Assembly: GCA_963797555.1 (NCBI GenBank) | Contig: CAWCPV010000003.1 | Coordinates: 96,001-160,000 of the forward strand | Source of the DNA: an uncultured Gammaproteobacteria bacterium | GTDB lineage: Bacteria > Pseudomonadota > Gammaproteobacteria > CAWCPV01 | Reading direction: 5' to 3' | Length of the DNA: 64,000 nt | Shown here: piece after piece, positions 43,309 through 52,490 of the stretch | How positions within the stretch are numbered: position 1 is the stretch's first letter | How the letters are laid out: each line of letters opens with the position of its first letter | Program-made: the position numbers and the translations under genes | The notes under the pieces: generated by a model | The model's input: only the letters and a program-made list of their open reading frames with translations | What the model was told of the DNA's origin: nothing | Database searches by the model: none

Positions 43309-46300
43309 TTAAACACGAAACACCTTCATCACCTCATCCCCCAGGTGATTGATGACCTTCACCGCGATCCGCCCCGACTTCGGCTTGTCGAAGGGCCGGG
43401 AAGTGTCGCTGTTGAGCGTGGCCCAGGCGTCTTCGTTGATCTCGGCTTTGAGGGTGGTCTTGAGCGCCTTGTAGGGGTCGTTGGCGCCGAGGAAGTAGGC
43501 GTGGCGGACGAAGAAGGCTTCCATGTTGTAGTCGGTGTCGATGAACCAGCAGGCGATGCCTTCGGCACCGTCGCTGCGGACTTCGCCGGTGTTGGGGTGG
43601 AAGACGTCCACGCCGTGGACGGTGACCTGTGACTTGTGGTCTGTGGTCAGTGAAAGCGGGAAATCTGCGGCGCTCAGGCTCTGGAGCGCAGCGAGCGTTT
43701 GAGTCCGTTGAGCATTCGACCAACGTCCGCCGCCTGAGCCTGTAACAGGGCAATTTTTTCCTGTGTGACCATCCCGAGTCTTTCCGCCAGTATCAAAAAC
43801 GTCTCTGTCTCCGCCAGAGAGCCGCTGGCGATCCCCAGGAACTGGAGAAACTCCCCTGTTCCCGACCGTTCCGCTCCCTCCGCGATATTCGCTGCTATCG
43901 ATACTGCCGCCCGCCTGATCTGGCTGGTCAGACCGTATTTCTCTTCCGGCGGGAACTGAGCAGAGACGCGATAGACCCTCTCGGCCAGCTCGATTGATTT
44001 CTTCCAAACTTCCAAGTCCTGATAGCTCTTTAACGTACTCATAATTCGCAACCATCCCGCCGTTTCTAGCCACTAACCACTGCCCACTGGTCACCGTAAT
44101 GTCCGGCTCGCCGAAGATGACGAAGAGGTTGCCCTTGCCGGTGTTCTTGAGGTCGTCGGCCATGTGCAGGTCGGCGTTCATGCGCGCCTTGAGCACGGGG
44201 ATGCGGCCGAGGTTCTTGAAGTCCGAGGAATGCGCGTCGTAGTTGAAGGCGCAGGCGATGAGCACGTCGAAGCCGGCATCGCCGGCCTCGCGGGCAGCGG
44301 CGACCAGATCGGGGCGCGAGACGGTGCCGAACTCGGGGCCGATGAAGATTCCAGCACGGTATCCCGAGCGGGAATCGGTGGCCTGTGACCCGTGGTCGGT
44401 GCTGGAATCAGTGGCTAGTGACTTGTGGTCGGTGGCTTGTCTTTCTCCGCTAACCACTGGCCACTGGTCACTGACCACTGTCCCAGCGGTGGTCTGTGGC
44501 CCGTGGTCAGTGGCTTGTATTGGTTTTTCCCTAATCACCGACCACTGGTCACTGGCCACTGTCCCAACGGCGCAGACCAGCTCGCCCGGCCAGGGGGTGA
44601 GCGAGGTGAAGCTGATCTTGTCGTCCTTGTGCGCTTGCTGTACGCCCGCGGTCTTGAGATTCTCCAGGATGATCTGCACAAAGTCGCGCTCCTGGCCGTA
44701 ACCCTCCGTGGGCTCGGCCGCGGTGTCGATCAGCTCGTCGTTCTCGTCCACCGCCAGCACGCGGTGCGGCGACAGGCTCTCGACGGTGAACGGCCCGGCG
44801 ACGCGGACGATTCTCTTGTCCTCATACGGCTTGTCGTAGAGGTACTCGAACCCGGCCTTGGCGGCGATGGAGGCGTCGATCTCTTTCTGTCGCGCAATCC
44901 TCGCGCTCCAGAAAGCAGTGATCAGTGACTGAGTGGCTTGTGGCCAGTTAGTGGGACGTTCGCGCGGGATTTCCCATTCTTCCAGGGTTCTTTTCTGACC
45001 ACCGGCCACGGACAACTGATCACGGAGCGATGCGAGCGTTAGCTCGTAACGCTCCCAGATGACGTTGATCTCGGCGTTGTTGGCAATGGATTTTAGGGTG
45101 ATGTGCGGCACGCGCTCGTAGACGAAGCCCTGTCTCAGTGACTCGTGGCCAGTGACTTGCGGTTTGCTTTTCAGGTCACTAGCCACTGACCACCGACCAC
45201 TGATTTCCGCTTCCTTGATCTGCCCCTCGCGGCTGTCGGCGAGCAGGTAGTAGGGGTAGCGCGCGCCCATGATGCGCGCACGGGCCAGGGCGAGGGCGAC
45301 GCGGGAGGTGTCGATGGTGATCCAGCGGCGGCCCCATTGCTCGGCGACGTAGGCGGTGGTGCCGGAGCCGCACGTGGGGTCGAGGACGAGGTCGCCGGGG
45401 TCGGTGGCCATAAGCAGGCACCGTTGGACGACCTTTTCGGATGTTTCCACAACGTATCGCTTCTCCGAGGCGAAGCCCGCAATCCCGGTGTCGCTCCATA
45501 CGTTGTCCTCAGGGAATGCCGCGAAATCATCGAAGTAGCGAACGTAGTAGAGCCCCTTGCCGGTAGAGCTCAGCCGCCCGGCTAGCCGTAGGCGGGACAT
45601 TCCAAGCTCATTTGTCTTCCAGCGCACCTTCTCAGACGGTCGTAGCGTTTGGCCCTCAAACTGTACTGGGAACCAAGATGCAGCACCCTCGCCCTTATCG
45701 CGCCCGACGCTCTGGCTCGTAAGATTATCGATTCGAAACACACGAGCCCCGCTGGGAAGTAGTGACGTCCCCGCCAGTTCCTCTGGCGAAATGCTTCGTT
45801 CAGACAAGTCTGACAGACGAACGCGCTTGTACGCGCTGCCTCCGATGCCCCCAATCTGCTTCAGCATGAGCGGCTGGTGATATTTCAGCCGGTCCCGCTG
45901 CCTTGCATAGAACAGAAGGAACGTCATAGGTGCCGGCAAGGTACTCCGATGTAGCACTAGCCGTCTTCGCAAAAATTATTTGAGACACAAAACTTTCAGA
46001 ACCAAACACTTCGTCCAGCAAACTGCGCAGCACGTGTGAGTTCTCTTCGCCAATCTGCACGAATATCGATCCGGAATCCGCCAACAAATCCCTTGCCACT
46101 GTCAGCCGATCCCGCAGATAGGTCAGGTACGAGTGAATCCCATCCCGCCAGGTATCCCGAAACGCCTTGACCTGCTCCGGCTCGCGCGTGATGTGGTCGG
46201 GGTTGCCGTCCTTCACGTCGCGGCTGGTGGTGGACCACTGGAAGTTGGAGTTGAATTTGATGCCGTAGGGCGGATCGATATAGATGCACTGCACCTTGCC

Positions 46301-46813
46301 GCGCAGCCCTTCGCGCTCGGCCAAACTGGCCATCACTTGCAGGCTGTCGCCGAGGATCATGCGGTTGGACCAGTTCTGGTCGTGGCGGTAGAACTCGGTC
46401 CTGTCCACGCCCTCGGGGATGCCGTTGAAGTCCGCGAACAAGTCGAGCTGGCGCTCGACAGTGGCTAGTGGCTCGTGGTCAGTGGCCTGTTTTCCACTAG
46501 CCACTGCCCACTGCCCACTGGCCACTGATTGACGACGCAAGTCGTCAATCAAGACCTTCGGTTGGATCTTCTCCTGGATGTAGAGCGGCGGGGCCTGAAC
46601 GACGAGGTCGGACCAGTCCTGCTCGTCCTTGCCGCGCCAGACCAGTTGCGGGTCCAGGTCCCGGTTGCGGCGCTCGTAGGCGACGCGGATGGGGTCTTGC
46701 TCCTCCTTCCGCATCACCGACTGGTATTCGGCGGTGGGGATGTTCTTGCGCGTGGCTTCGTCGTGCTTGAGGGTCGCGACGGTCTTGCTGGTCGATGTCT
46801 GCCGCTTCGCCAT
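43309..46813 (-). CDS. Type III-like (Mod, beta-class) adenine DNA methyltransferase; one frameshift near 45922; five in-frame hairpin insertions
   Basis: NRMILGDSL and YIDPPYG (motif IV) precede a variable TRD, then DPTCGSGTT (motif I). C-terminal IAVKVINHLGDEVMKV. Built from ORFs 45800-46813 and 43309-45972. Confidence 0.9.
43619..44097. mobile_element. Heptamer-repeat hairpin element enclosing the four-helix-bundle gene (site 5)
   Basis: Left arm ACG-GTGACCT-GTGACTT-GTGGTCT-GTGGTCA-GTGAAAGCGGGA. Right arm TCCCGCCGTTTC-TAGCCAC-TAACCAC-TGCCCAC-TGGTCAC-CGT. The outer 9 bp are a perfect IR. Mobility is inferred, not shown. Confidence 0.7.
43674..44042 (-). CDS. Four-helix-bundle protein (23S rRNA IVP / bAvd-like), nested inside mod in another frame
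   Basis: SYQDLEVWKKS..FPPEEKYGLTSQIRRAAVSIAANIAEG..FLGIASGSLAETET..RMLNGL is the canonical family signature. Confidence 0.92.
   Translation of the reverse strand: MSTLKSYQDLEVWKKSIELAERVYRVSAQFPPEEKYGLTSQIRRAAVSIAANIAEGAERSGTGEFLQFLGIASGSLAETETFLILAERLGMVTQEKIALLQAQAADVGRMLNGLKRSLRSRA
44376..44562. repeat. Heptamer hairpin site 4: two tandem hairpins plus a half arm
   Basis: GTGRYYN x3, then GTGRYYN x4 / NRRYCAC x4 twice. Both hairpins end in CACTGTCCCA. Confidence 0.88.
44916..45024. repeat. Heptamer hairpin site 3 (degenerate arms, about 40-nt loop)
   Basis: GTGATCA-GTGACTGA-GTGGCTT-GTGGCCA ... TGACCAC-CGGCCAC-GGACAAC-TGATCAC. Confidence 0.75.
45136..45202. repeat. Heptamer hairpin site 2
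   Basis: CA-GTGACTC-GTGGCCA-GTGACTT ... AGGTCAC-TAGCCAC-TGACCAC-CGACCAC-TG. Confidence 0.85.
46459..46527. repeat. Heptamer hairpin site 1
   Basis: CA-GTGGCTA-GTGGCTC-GTGGTCA-GTGGCCT-GTTTT-CCAC-TAGCCAC-TGCCCAC-TGCCCAC-TGGCCAC-TG. Confidence 0.9.
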
Positions 46814-46865
46814 GTCGCTCCGGGTTCTCCCGATGTCGGGTTACGGCCTGACGGCCTAGCCCGAC

Positions 46866-47125
46866 CTACTTCTTCTCCCGATAGACTTCACCGCGGCGGC
46901 CTACCTTGACGGTCCCCACCAGCAGTTCAGCATCCGAGACGCTGTAAAGAACGCGGTAGTTGCCCTGCCGCACACGGTAACGCTCCTGCGCGGAGAGCTG
47001 TTCGCTTCCGAGCGGACGCGGATCGTCGCGCAAGCTTTCGATACACGCGAGGATGCGCCGCGCATCCGCGCGGGGAATGCCGCGCAGGTCCTTGGCCACC
47101 GATGGCTTGACCCGCAGATCATAGC
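46866..47125 (-). pseudogene. RelE/ParE toxin lacking its start codon
   Basis: RYDLRVKPSVAKDLRGIP..DDPRPLG..YRVRQGNYRVLYSV..VKVGRRGEVYR. Abuts the res fragment directly. Confidence 0.75.
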
Positions 47126-47241
47126 GTACGGCGTTCGATGATCCGCTGGGTCGGCTGGCCCTGCTCGTCGAGCTCCCAGTAACGAGCCGGATACTCGTAA
47201 GGAGAGTTGAGGATGGGCTGTTCGAAGAACTTGTTGTCCAT
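47119..47241 (-). pseudogene. First 40 or so codons of a type III-like restriction (Res) subunit
   Basis: MDNKFFEQPILNSPYEYPARYWELDEQGQPTQRIIERR then a stop. This is the typical N-terminus of the Res partners of this Mod family. Confidence 0.75.
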
Positions 47242-47458
47242 GTGTGGTATTTCTCTGATGGGCCGTACTGTCCCCAGCCCAAAGAGAAGGAGGTCACCCT
47301 TAGCCTTCCGTTCTTCTGTTCCGCGAGCGTACGAGATGGATCTCGGCAAGACCGTCTTAGGCCGCGTCGCCGGCTGCACAGCATCGAGTATGCTGGTAAT
47401 TACGCTCCCGCAAATCGGGCTTCGGCCCTTCTACCACCTCGCGCTTCACCCTTCCCCG

Positions 47459-47880
47459 TCACTCTTTGAACGGGTTCTCGATGATCAGTCCGTCGATCCG
47501 CTGGCCATGCTGCAGGTCTTCGCTGTAGAGCCGGGTACATCCGGCGTCGAGGGCGGCGGCGATGATCAGGGCGTCGTAGAAACCGTAGCGGTAGCGCGCC
47601 TGGATATCGAGGGCGCGGTGATAAAGCCCCTGGCTGGGCCATGATGCGCCACAACGGCACGAGCACTTGGTCCATGAAACGCCGCGCGTCTTCCGGGGTT
47701 GCCGGCGTTTCGAGCTTGCGGGTGATGACATGAGGGTTTCCTGAATCACCTGGAAGCTGATACCGGCTGTACCGGTTTCCAGCGCCGAGTAGATCAGTTG
47801 TTCTGAGGTCTGGCGTTGCGGGGGTCGGTCTCGTCGAACAGGTAGAGGAAGACGTTGGAGTCGATGAACTCACCGCTCAT
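47459..47880 (-). CDS. PIN-domain toxin (frameshifted)
   Basis: FIDSNVFLY, SFQVIQE, FYDALIIAAAL, LYSEDLQHG. Confidence 0.8.
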
Positions 47881-48094
47881 TCATCTCGTCCCGAGTAAAC
47901 TTGCGCCCACCCGTGCGTACATAGTCCCGCAGGCGCTCCACCACGGCCATCGCCTCATCGGCCCGCTGCTTGCGCTGGCCGTAATCGGCGAGCCAGCGCC
48001 GGAACTGCTCGTTGAGCGTGGTATGCTCGGCGCGCGCGCGCTTGCGGGCCGCCTCGATGAGCTTCTCGTCGGCGCTCAGCGTGATGTTTTTCAT
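47870..48094 (-). CDS. Ribbon-helix-helix-type antitoxin
   Basis: MKNITLSADEKLIEAARKRA..TLNEQFRRWL..FTRDEMNER. Overlaps the PIN start. Confidence 0.8.
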   Translation of the reverse strand: MKNITLSADEKLIEAARKRARAEHTTLNEQFRRWLADYGQRKQRADEAMAVVERLRDYVRTGGRKFTRDEMNER

Positions 48095-48474
48095 GGCTCG
48101 GACCTCTCGGTGAATTCGAACACGAGCGCAGTGTACACGATTGCCGCGTGCACTCAGCGCGGGGTGCCTCGTTCTCGACCCAGGCGGCGATCATGGGGGT
48201 GCGACTCAGCCTCGATCCGATAGGCTTCGGCGATCTCAGCGCAAGCCCAGCCGCCGTGATAGCGCAGGTTGCTCACGCCCGGCACCCAGTAGGTCTCCAT
48301 AGTGGCCTGCTTCTGTCGCTTCTCCTCGTATCCAGAGAAATCGAGCCATGAATTGCGGGTGACGGCTGCTTTGGGAACGCGGGGCAGGCGGCATCACGCC
48401 ACATCATGCGGCCGCGCGGGATCGGGCGGCACCCCCAGAGGGCGACGACCGCTGAGCGCAGGCCCCCTTCGTCT

Positions 48475-48960
48475 CTACGACTGGACCACCAGGGAGGTGA
48501 GACTTGCCCGGCAGGGCCTGCCACCCTTATCAGGCTTGATCCACAGGCGCAGATGGGTCACCGGCTCCGCGCTGACGGACCATTCTTCTCGCTCGAAAGC
48601 CGTATCGGGCGGGCTGAAGTTGTATTCCTGGCGGACCAGCTCGCGATAAGTTTGTCCGCCATCGTGGGAGATGGACAGTTGGAGCTCCTGCGTGCGGCTG
48701 GTTTCCCGCTCTTCGATTTCCAAGCCGACGTGATGAATTGTCTGCGGGGTATCGAACGCCAGGACCAGTGTCTGCTCCCCGGGCTCCGCTGCGGACCAGC
48801 GAGTTCCTCCCCGCCCCCGCCGCAGGTCGAACGCGTTTTCGATAGGATGATCTGCGTCCTCCGAGGTGACTAATGCCGTAGCGACCGCAGCGATGTCCAG
48901 TTCGCCTGGCCGCGGAACCGTTTCGCCGGGACTTTCCTTTCCGAGGATCTTCTTGCGCAT
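48475..48960 (-). CDS. Galactose-binding/discoidin-like domain protein
   Basis: TSEDADHPIENAFD, RWSAAEPGEQTLVLAFD, QEYNFSP, HLRLWIKPDKGG. Confidence 0.65.
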   Translation of the reverse strand: MRKKILGKESPGETVPRPGELDIAAVATALVTSEDADHPIENAFDLRRGRGGTRWSAAEPGEQTLVLAFDTPQTIHHVGLEIEERETSRTQELQLSISHDGGQTYRELVRQEYNFSPPDTAFEREEWSVSAEPVTHLRLWIKPDKGGRPCRASLTSLVVQS

Positions 48961-49062
48961 GGTGCCTCCGGATTGCGTGAGTGCGGGTTACGGCTCATTG
49001 TAGGCGCATTCAAGCGCTAGCGGGGAAGGCCCAAAACGCCGCCCCACGCTCATGCGCATCTT

Positions 49063-49152
49063 GTCATTCCGGACTGGGTGTTGGAATCCAGGGGCAAGGA
49101 CGCGATCCATGCCTCCGTGGCCTCTGGATTCCAGCTTCCCCCCCGGAATGAC
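49063..49152. repeat. REP-like nested palindrome
   Basis: Outer IR GTCATTCCGG / CCGGAATGAC. Inner IR TGGAATCCAG / CTGGATTCCA. Confidence 0.7.
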
Positions 49153-49252
49153 GATCGGAACCAGCGATTATGCAATGGCATGGCGTTCCGCCCGCTCGGC
49201 GGTCCGGCGACGCCCATCGGTCCGGACACCATGCGGGGCCATGCTCTCCCCG

Positions 49253-49870
49253 TCATGTGCGGCTGATATGCGGGTTGCCGGTGAGGTAAAAGCGCAGGGG
49301 CTTCGCGGCCCATTCCTTGGCGTACGCGATACCGATGCGGCGGGTCGTGGTAATGCGATCGGCGGGCACGGCGGGGGAGCGATCGATGAACAAGCGCTCG
49401 GACGTGACCATGTCCTCGCCATCGAGGTCACTGCTGATTGCCATCGCCTCGGTCAACTTAGCCGGCCCGGAGCACAGGTCGCGCGGCTTCAATCGGTCGG
49501 CGGGAATCTTGCCGGCCCGGTGGCGCCGCATCGCGTCGATGCCTTCCAGAGGTTCGAGCGCGCGCAGCAACACGGCGGTCGGCTGGCCGACCGTCTCCGC
49601 TACGACGTTCAGGCAGTGGTGCATGCCATAGGTGAAGTAGACGTACCCGGTACCCCCGTCGCCGTACATCGACTCGTTGCGCTTCGTGCGCCGCCCGCCC
49701 GCGGTGTGAGCCCCCAGGTCCGGCACGCCCAGGTACGCCTCGACCTCCACGATGCGCCCGCTCAGCCGCGTCCCGTCATCCAGCACGCGTACCAGCACCT
49801 GCCCGAGCAGCGCCCGGGCGAGCGTGACCGGGTCGCGACGAAAAAAGCGGCGGGTCAGCCGAGCGTGCAT
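49253..49870 (-). CDS. DNA-3-methyladenine glycosylase (MPG/AAG family)
   Basis: GRIVEVEAY, YVYFTYGMHHCLNVV, AVLLRALEP, CSGPAKL, RIGI. Confidence 0.92.
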   Translation of the reverse strand: MHARLTRRFFRRDPVTLARALLGQVLVRVLDDGTRLSGRIVEVEAYLGVPDLGAHTAGGRRTKRNESMYGDGGTGYVYFTYGMHHCLNVVAETVGQPTAVLLRALEPLEGIDAMRRHRAGKIPADRLKPRDLCSGPAKLTEAMAISSDLDGEDMVTSERLFIDRSPAVPADRITTTRRIGIAYAKEWAAKPLRFYLTGNPHISRT

Positions 49871-50082
49871 GGTCGATCAACTGCCAAGCCCATCCACCCG
49901 GTCCTCAGCACGGGCCGGTAACGCCGCAGCCGGAGCGGCAGCCACGCCGTGTGCCGGCCATTGGCAGGTGATTTCCGTAACCGGCCGTCTCTCGCTGTTG
50001 CGCCCCGCGCCTCGCGCTGGCAGGCGCGCGTAGAGCGGTGCTTTCGCCGACCATCGCGGCTGAGCGGGGTCGGTCTCCGCGG

Positions 50083-50652
50083 CTACTTCGGCTCGAAGCT
50101 GAATTTCTGTCCCCCGACACTCGCCTCGGCCATCAGCCCTGCCTTGGCAAGGGTAAAGACGGCCACGCCTTGGCTGTAATCCGCATTCCGCGACGCACCC
50201 TTCTTGACCGCCACTGCCGAGGCCTGAGCCCCAAGCTCGTAGTTTCCCTTCTTGAAGTCCTCCAGCGCCGGCTTGTCCTTGAAAAAGATGATCTCGCTAT
50301 AGGTTTGGGCGCCCATCTGAAAGCCGATGCTCACCTGGGTCATGCTGGTGAAGCCGATGACACGGGGCGCCATGGCTCGGATAAACCCACGCTGGAACAC
50401 GACACCCTTTCCGTAGGCCCCGCCCATACCCATGCCGGCCTTGCTGACCGTCGGGAACACCGCGTAGCCGTGGGCTGAGTCTAAGAAGGTCTTGAGGTCC
50501 GGGTCGGCCTCCCGGAGGCGGTCGATGGTCGCGAGCGCGTCCTGTTCCCTCTCCTTCTGTTCTTCGGGGTCCCAGCCCGCGAGGGCCGGCGTGACCAGGA
50601 GCAGGGTGAGCTGCACGGCGATAAGGGTGGGATACAAGACGCGTGGCATCAT
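50083..50652 (-). CDS. SYLF/Ysc84 lipid-binding domain protein
   Basis: Signal peptide. YAVFPTVSKAG..GGAYGKG, SIGFQMGAQ, GLMAEASVGGQKF. Confidence 0.85.
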   Translation of the reverse strand: MMPRVLYPTLIAVQLTLLLVTPALAGWDPEEQKEREQDALATIDRLREADPDLKTFLDSAHGYAVFPTVSKAGMGMGGAYGKGVVFQRGFIRAMAPRVIGFTSMTQVSIGFQMGAQTYSEIIFFKDKPALEDFKKGNYELGAQASAVAVKKGASRNADYSQGVAVFTLAKAGLMAEASVGGQKFSFEPK

Positions 50653-51029
50653 TCGGACCTCCGGGAATCCTTGTCGTAGAGATTAGGGACTGGTACCTGC
50701 GGGCTTGGACAGGCGATGCGGCCGGTGGCATCCCAGCGACACTTCACACGCAGAAGACCGCCGCTGCGTCCGAGACGCGCGGGCATTTTCCCCCACTGCG
50801 CGGGGCCGCGGCAATCCATGTCCCGCTGCTCCGAAGACCGCTGTCGTGGCTCACCCTTGGTACCGCATCGCCGCATTCGCGCGCACCGCGCTGGTGCGGA
50901 AGGGCTTCAACCAACAAATGCTTACGGGCGGCCCCATCCAACTCTCGGTACGACACCGCTCACAACCCGTGCTGCGCGTCCTCCTGTAACAGCGGAAGTC
51001 GCCTCTCGGTTTGCTGGGGCGGGGAGGTT

Positions 51030-51444
51030 CTTCCGCGGAGGCCGCACCTTGCATCTGCTCCTCGGCCCACGCAAGAAGGCGTTGCAAGTCATTGACCGAT
51101 CGAGATATCTCTAGACTTTGCCGCCCAAAGGATGTGATACGATTCGACGGGGCCTGCAGCAACTCCCCGGTGGCGGTCTTCACGGCGCTCTCCGGCGCAG
51201 CCCGCTCCTGAACCTGGACGAGTGCCTTGAGCTGCGAAACCAGCTTCTCGCGCTCCGCCGGGTTCTCCAGAGTCTTGATGAGGGCTTGGACGCGGTCCGG
51301 CGAGACCTCGGCGCCCGCGGGTGCCGAAGCCGCGGGCTGCAGAGGTGCGGCGGGGGCGAGAGATGTCAGAGCCAAGCCGAATGCTAGGATCAACGCACCG
51401 CGCAACCCGGTCCCGGAAACCGCGATAGGAGAGCCGTGAATCAT
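51030..51444 (-). pseudogene. N-terminal fragment resembling large MscS-family channel periplasmic regions
   Basis: Signal peptide, then VQALIKTLENPAEREKLVSQLKAL. Coding-like sequence is lost after about 130 aa and no TM channel domain follows. Confidence 0.4.
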
Positions 51445-51584
51445 GACTGTCGCTCGTTCTTCGGCGCCTTGGGCAATAGCCACCCGAGTCTACCAGGCCG
51501 GCTTCCCGCCATGCACCTCGGCTGCGCCGCGGACGATGGGGCACGACCTCTTCCTACGCTTCTGATATTTGACAGGATCTCCTC

Positions 51585-52490
51585 ATGGAGAAACAGCTCC
51601 TGGAACGCGTTTACCAACTGCTGGACAGGGTGGACAGCCTCTTCTCTCGGCTGGAGGGTGCGGTGCCCATGACCGCTAAAGAGCCCGACTGGACCGCCCT
51701 CGCCTATCGCTGGCGCACGGCCGGTGATGGCGGGTCGCTGCAGCCAATAGCGCGTCCAGATACGCTCCCTCTGGGAGATCTGCTCTGCATGGATGCCCAG
51801 AAAGCGGCGCTGGTTCGAAACACCCGCCAGTTTCTGGCAGAGGCGCCCGCCAACAACGCCTTGCTCTGGGGCTCACGGGGCACGGGCAAGTCGTCGCTGG
51901 TGAAGGCGCTGCTGACGGAATACGGCCGCAGCGGGCTGCGTCTGATCGAGGTGGACAAGAGCGATCTCCTGCACCTTCCGGAGATTGTCGAACGGCTGTT
52001 CGACCGCCCCGAGCAGTTCATCCTGTTTGCGGACGACCTGTCCTTCGAGTCGAACGACCCCAGCTACAAGGCTCTCAAAGCGATCCTGGAGGGTTCGCTC
52101 TACTCCTCGCCCCAGAATGTGTTGTTCTACGCCACATCCAATCGCCGCCACCTGATGCCGGAATATCTCGACGAAAACCTGGACGCGAGAGTTCATGGCC
52201 ACGAGGTCCACCCGAGCGAGGCTGTCGAGGAGAAAATTTCTCTCTCGGAGCGCTTCGGACTGTGGTTGTCGTTCTACCCCTTCCGTCAAGAAGAATACCT
52301 GTCCATCGTGGATCACTGGCTGAATCGCCTCGGCCTCGACCCCAGCAGCAGCCCGGTCATTCATCGGGAGGCCCTGAGGTTCGCATTGCAAAGGGGATCC
52401 CGTAGCGGACGGGTCGCCCAGCAGTTCGCCCGCGACTGGGTCGGCAGGACCAGGCTCGGCGACCCGGAAACCCGCGGGCAGCCAGGCTGA
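51585..52490 (+). CDS. DUF815 AAA+ ATPase
   Basis: NNALLWGSRGTGKSS, FADDLSFE, YATSNRRHL, EEKISLSERFG, SGRVA. Confidence 0.9.
   Translation: MEKQLLERVYQLLDRVDSLFSRLEGAVPMTAKEPDWTALAYRWRTAGDGGSLQPIARPDTLPLGDLLCMDAQKAALVRNTRQFLAEAPANNALLWGSRGTGKSSLVKALLTEYGRSGLRLIEVDKSDLLHLPEIVERLFDRPEQFILFADDLSFESNDPSYKALKAILEGSLYSSPQNVLFYATSNRRHLMPEYLDENLDARVHGHEVHPSEAVEEKISLSERFGLWLSFYPFRQEEYLSIVDHWLNRLGLDPSSSPVIHREALRFALQRGSRSGRVAQQFARDWVGRTRLGDPETRGQPG

Noticed and set aside
43619-44097. Intein or group I/II intron
   Set aside because: The insert lacks C/S-start and HN-C/S/T intein ends. I saw no recognisable intron domain V, RT or homing endonuclease.
43619-46527. Heptamer arrays as a CRISPR array or DGR
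   Set aside because: There is no constant repeat with unique spacers and no cas gene. There is also no reverse transcriptase or TR/VR pair with adenine-specific mismatches in the window, despite the Avd-like gene.
43309-46813. Classical phase-variable mod (simple sequence repeat tract)
   Set aside because: The repeats are degenerate, inverted and in frame. The single frameshift is not in a repeat tract.
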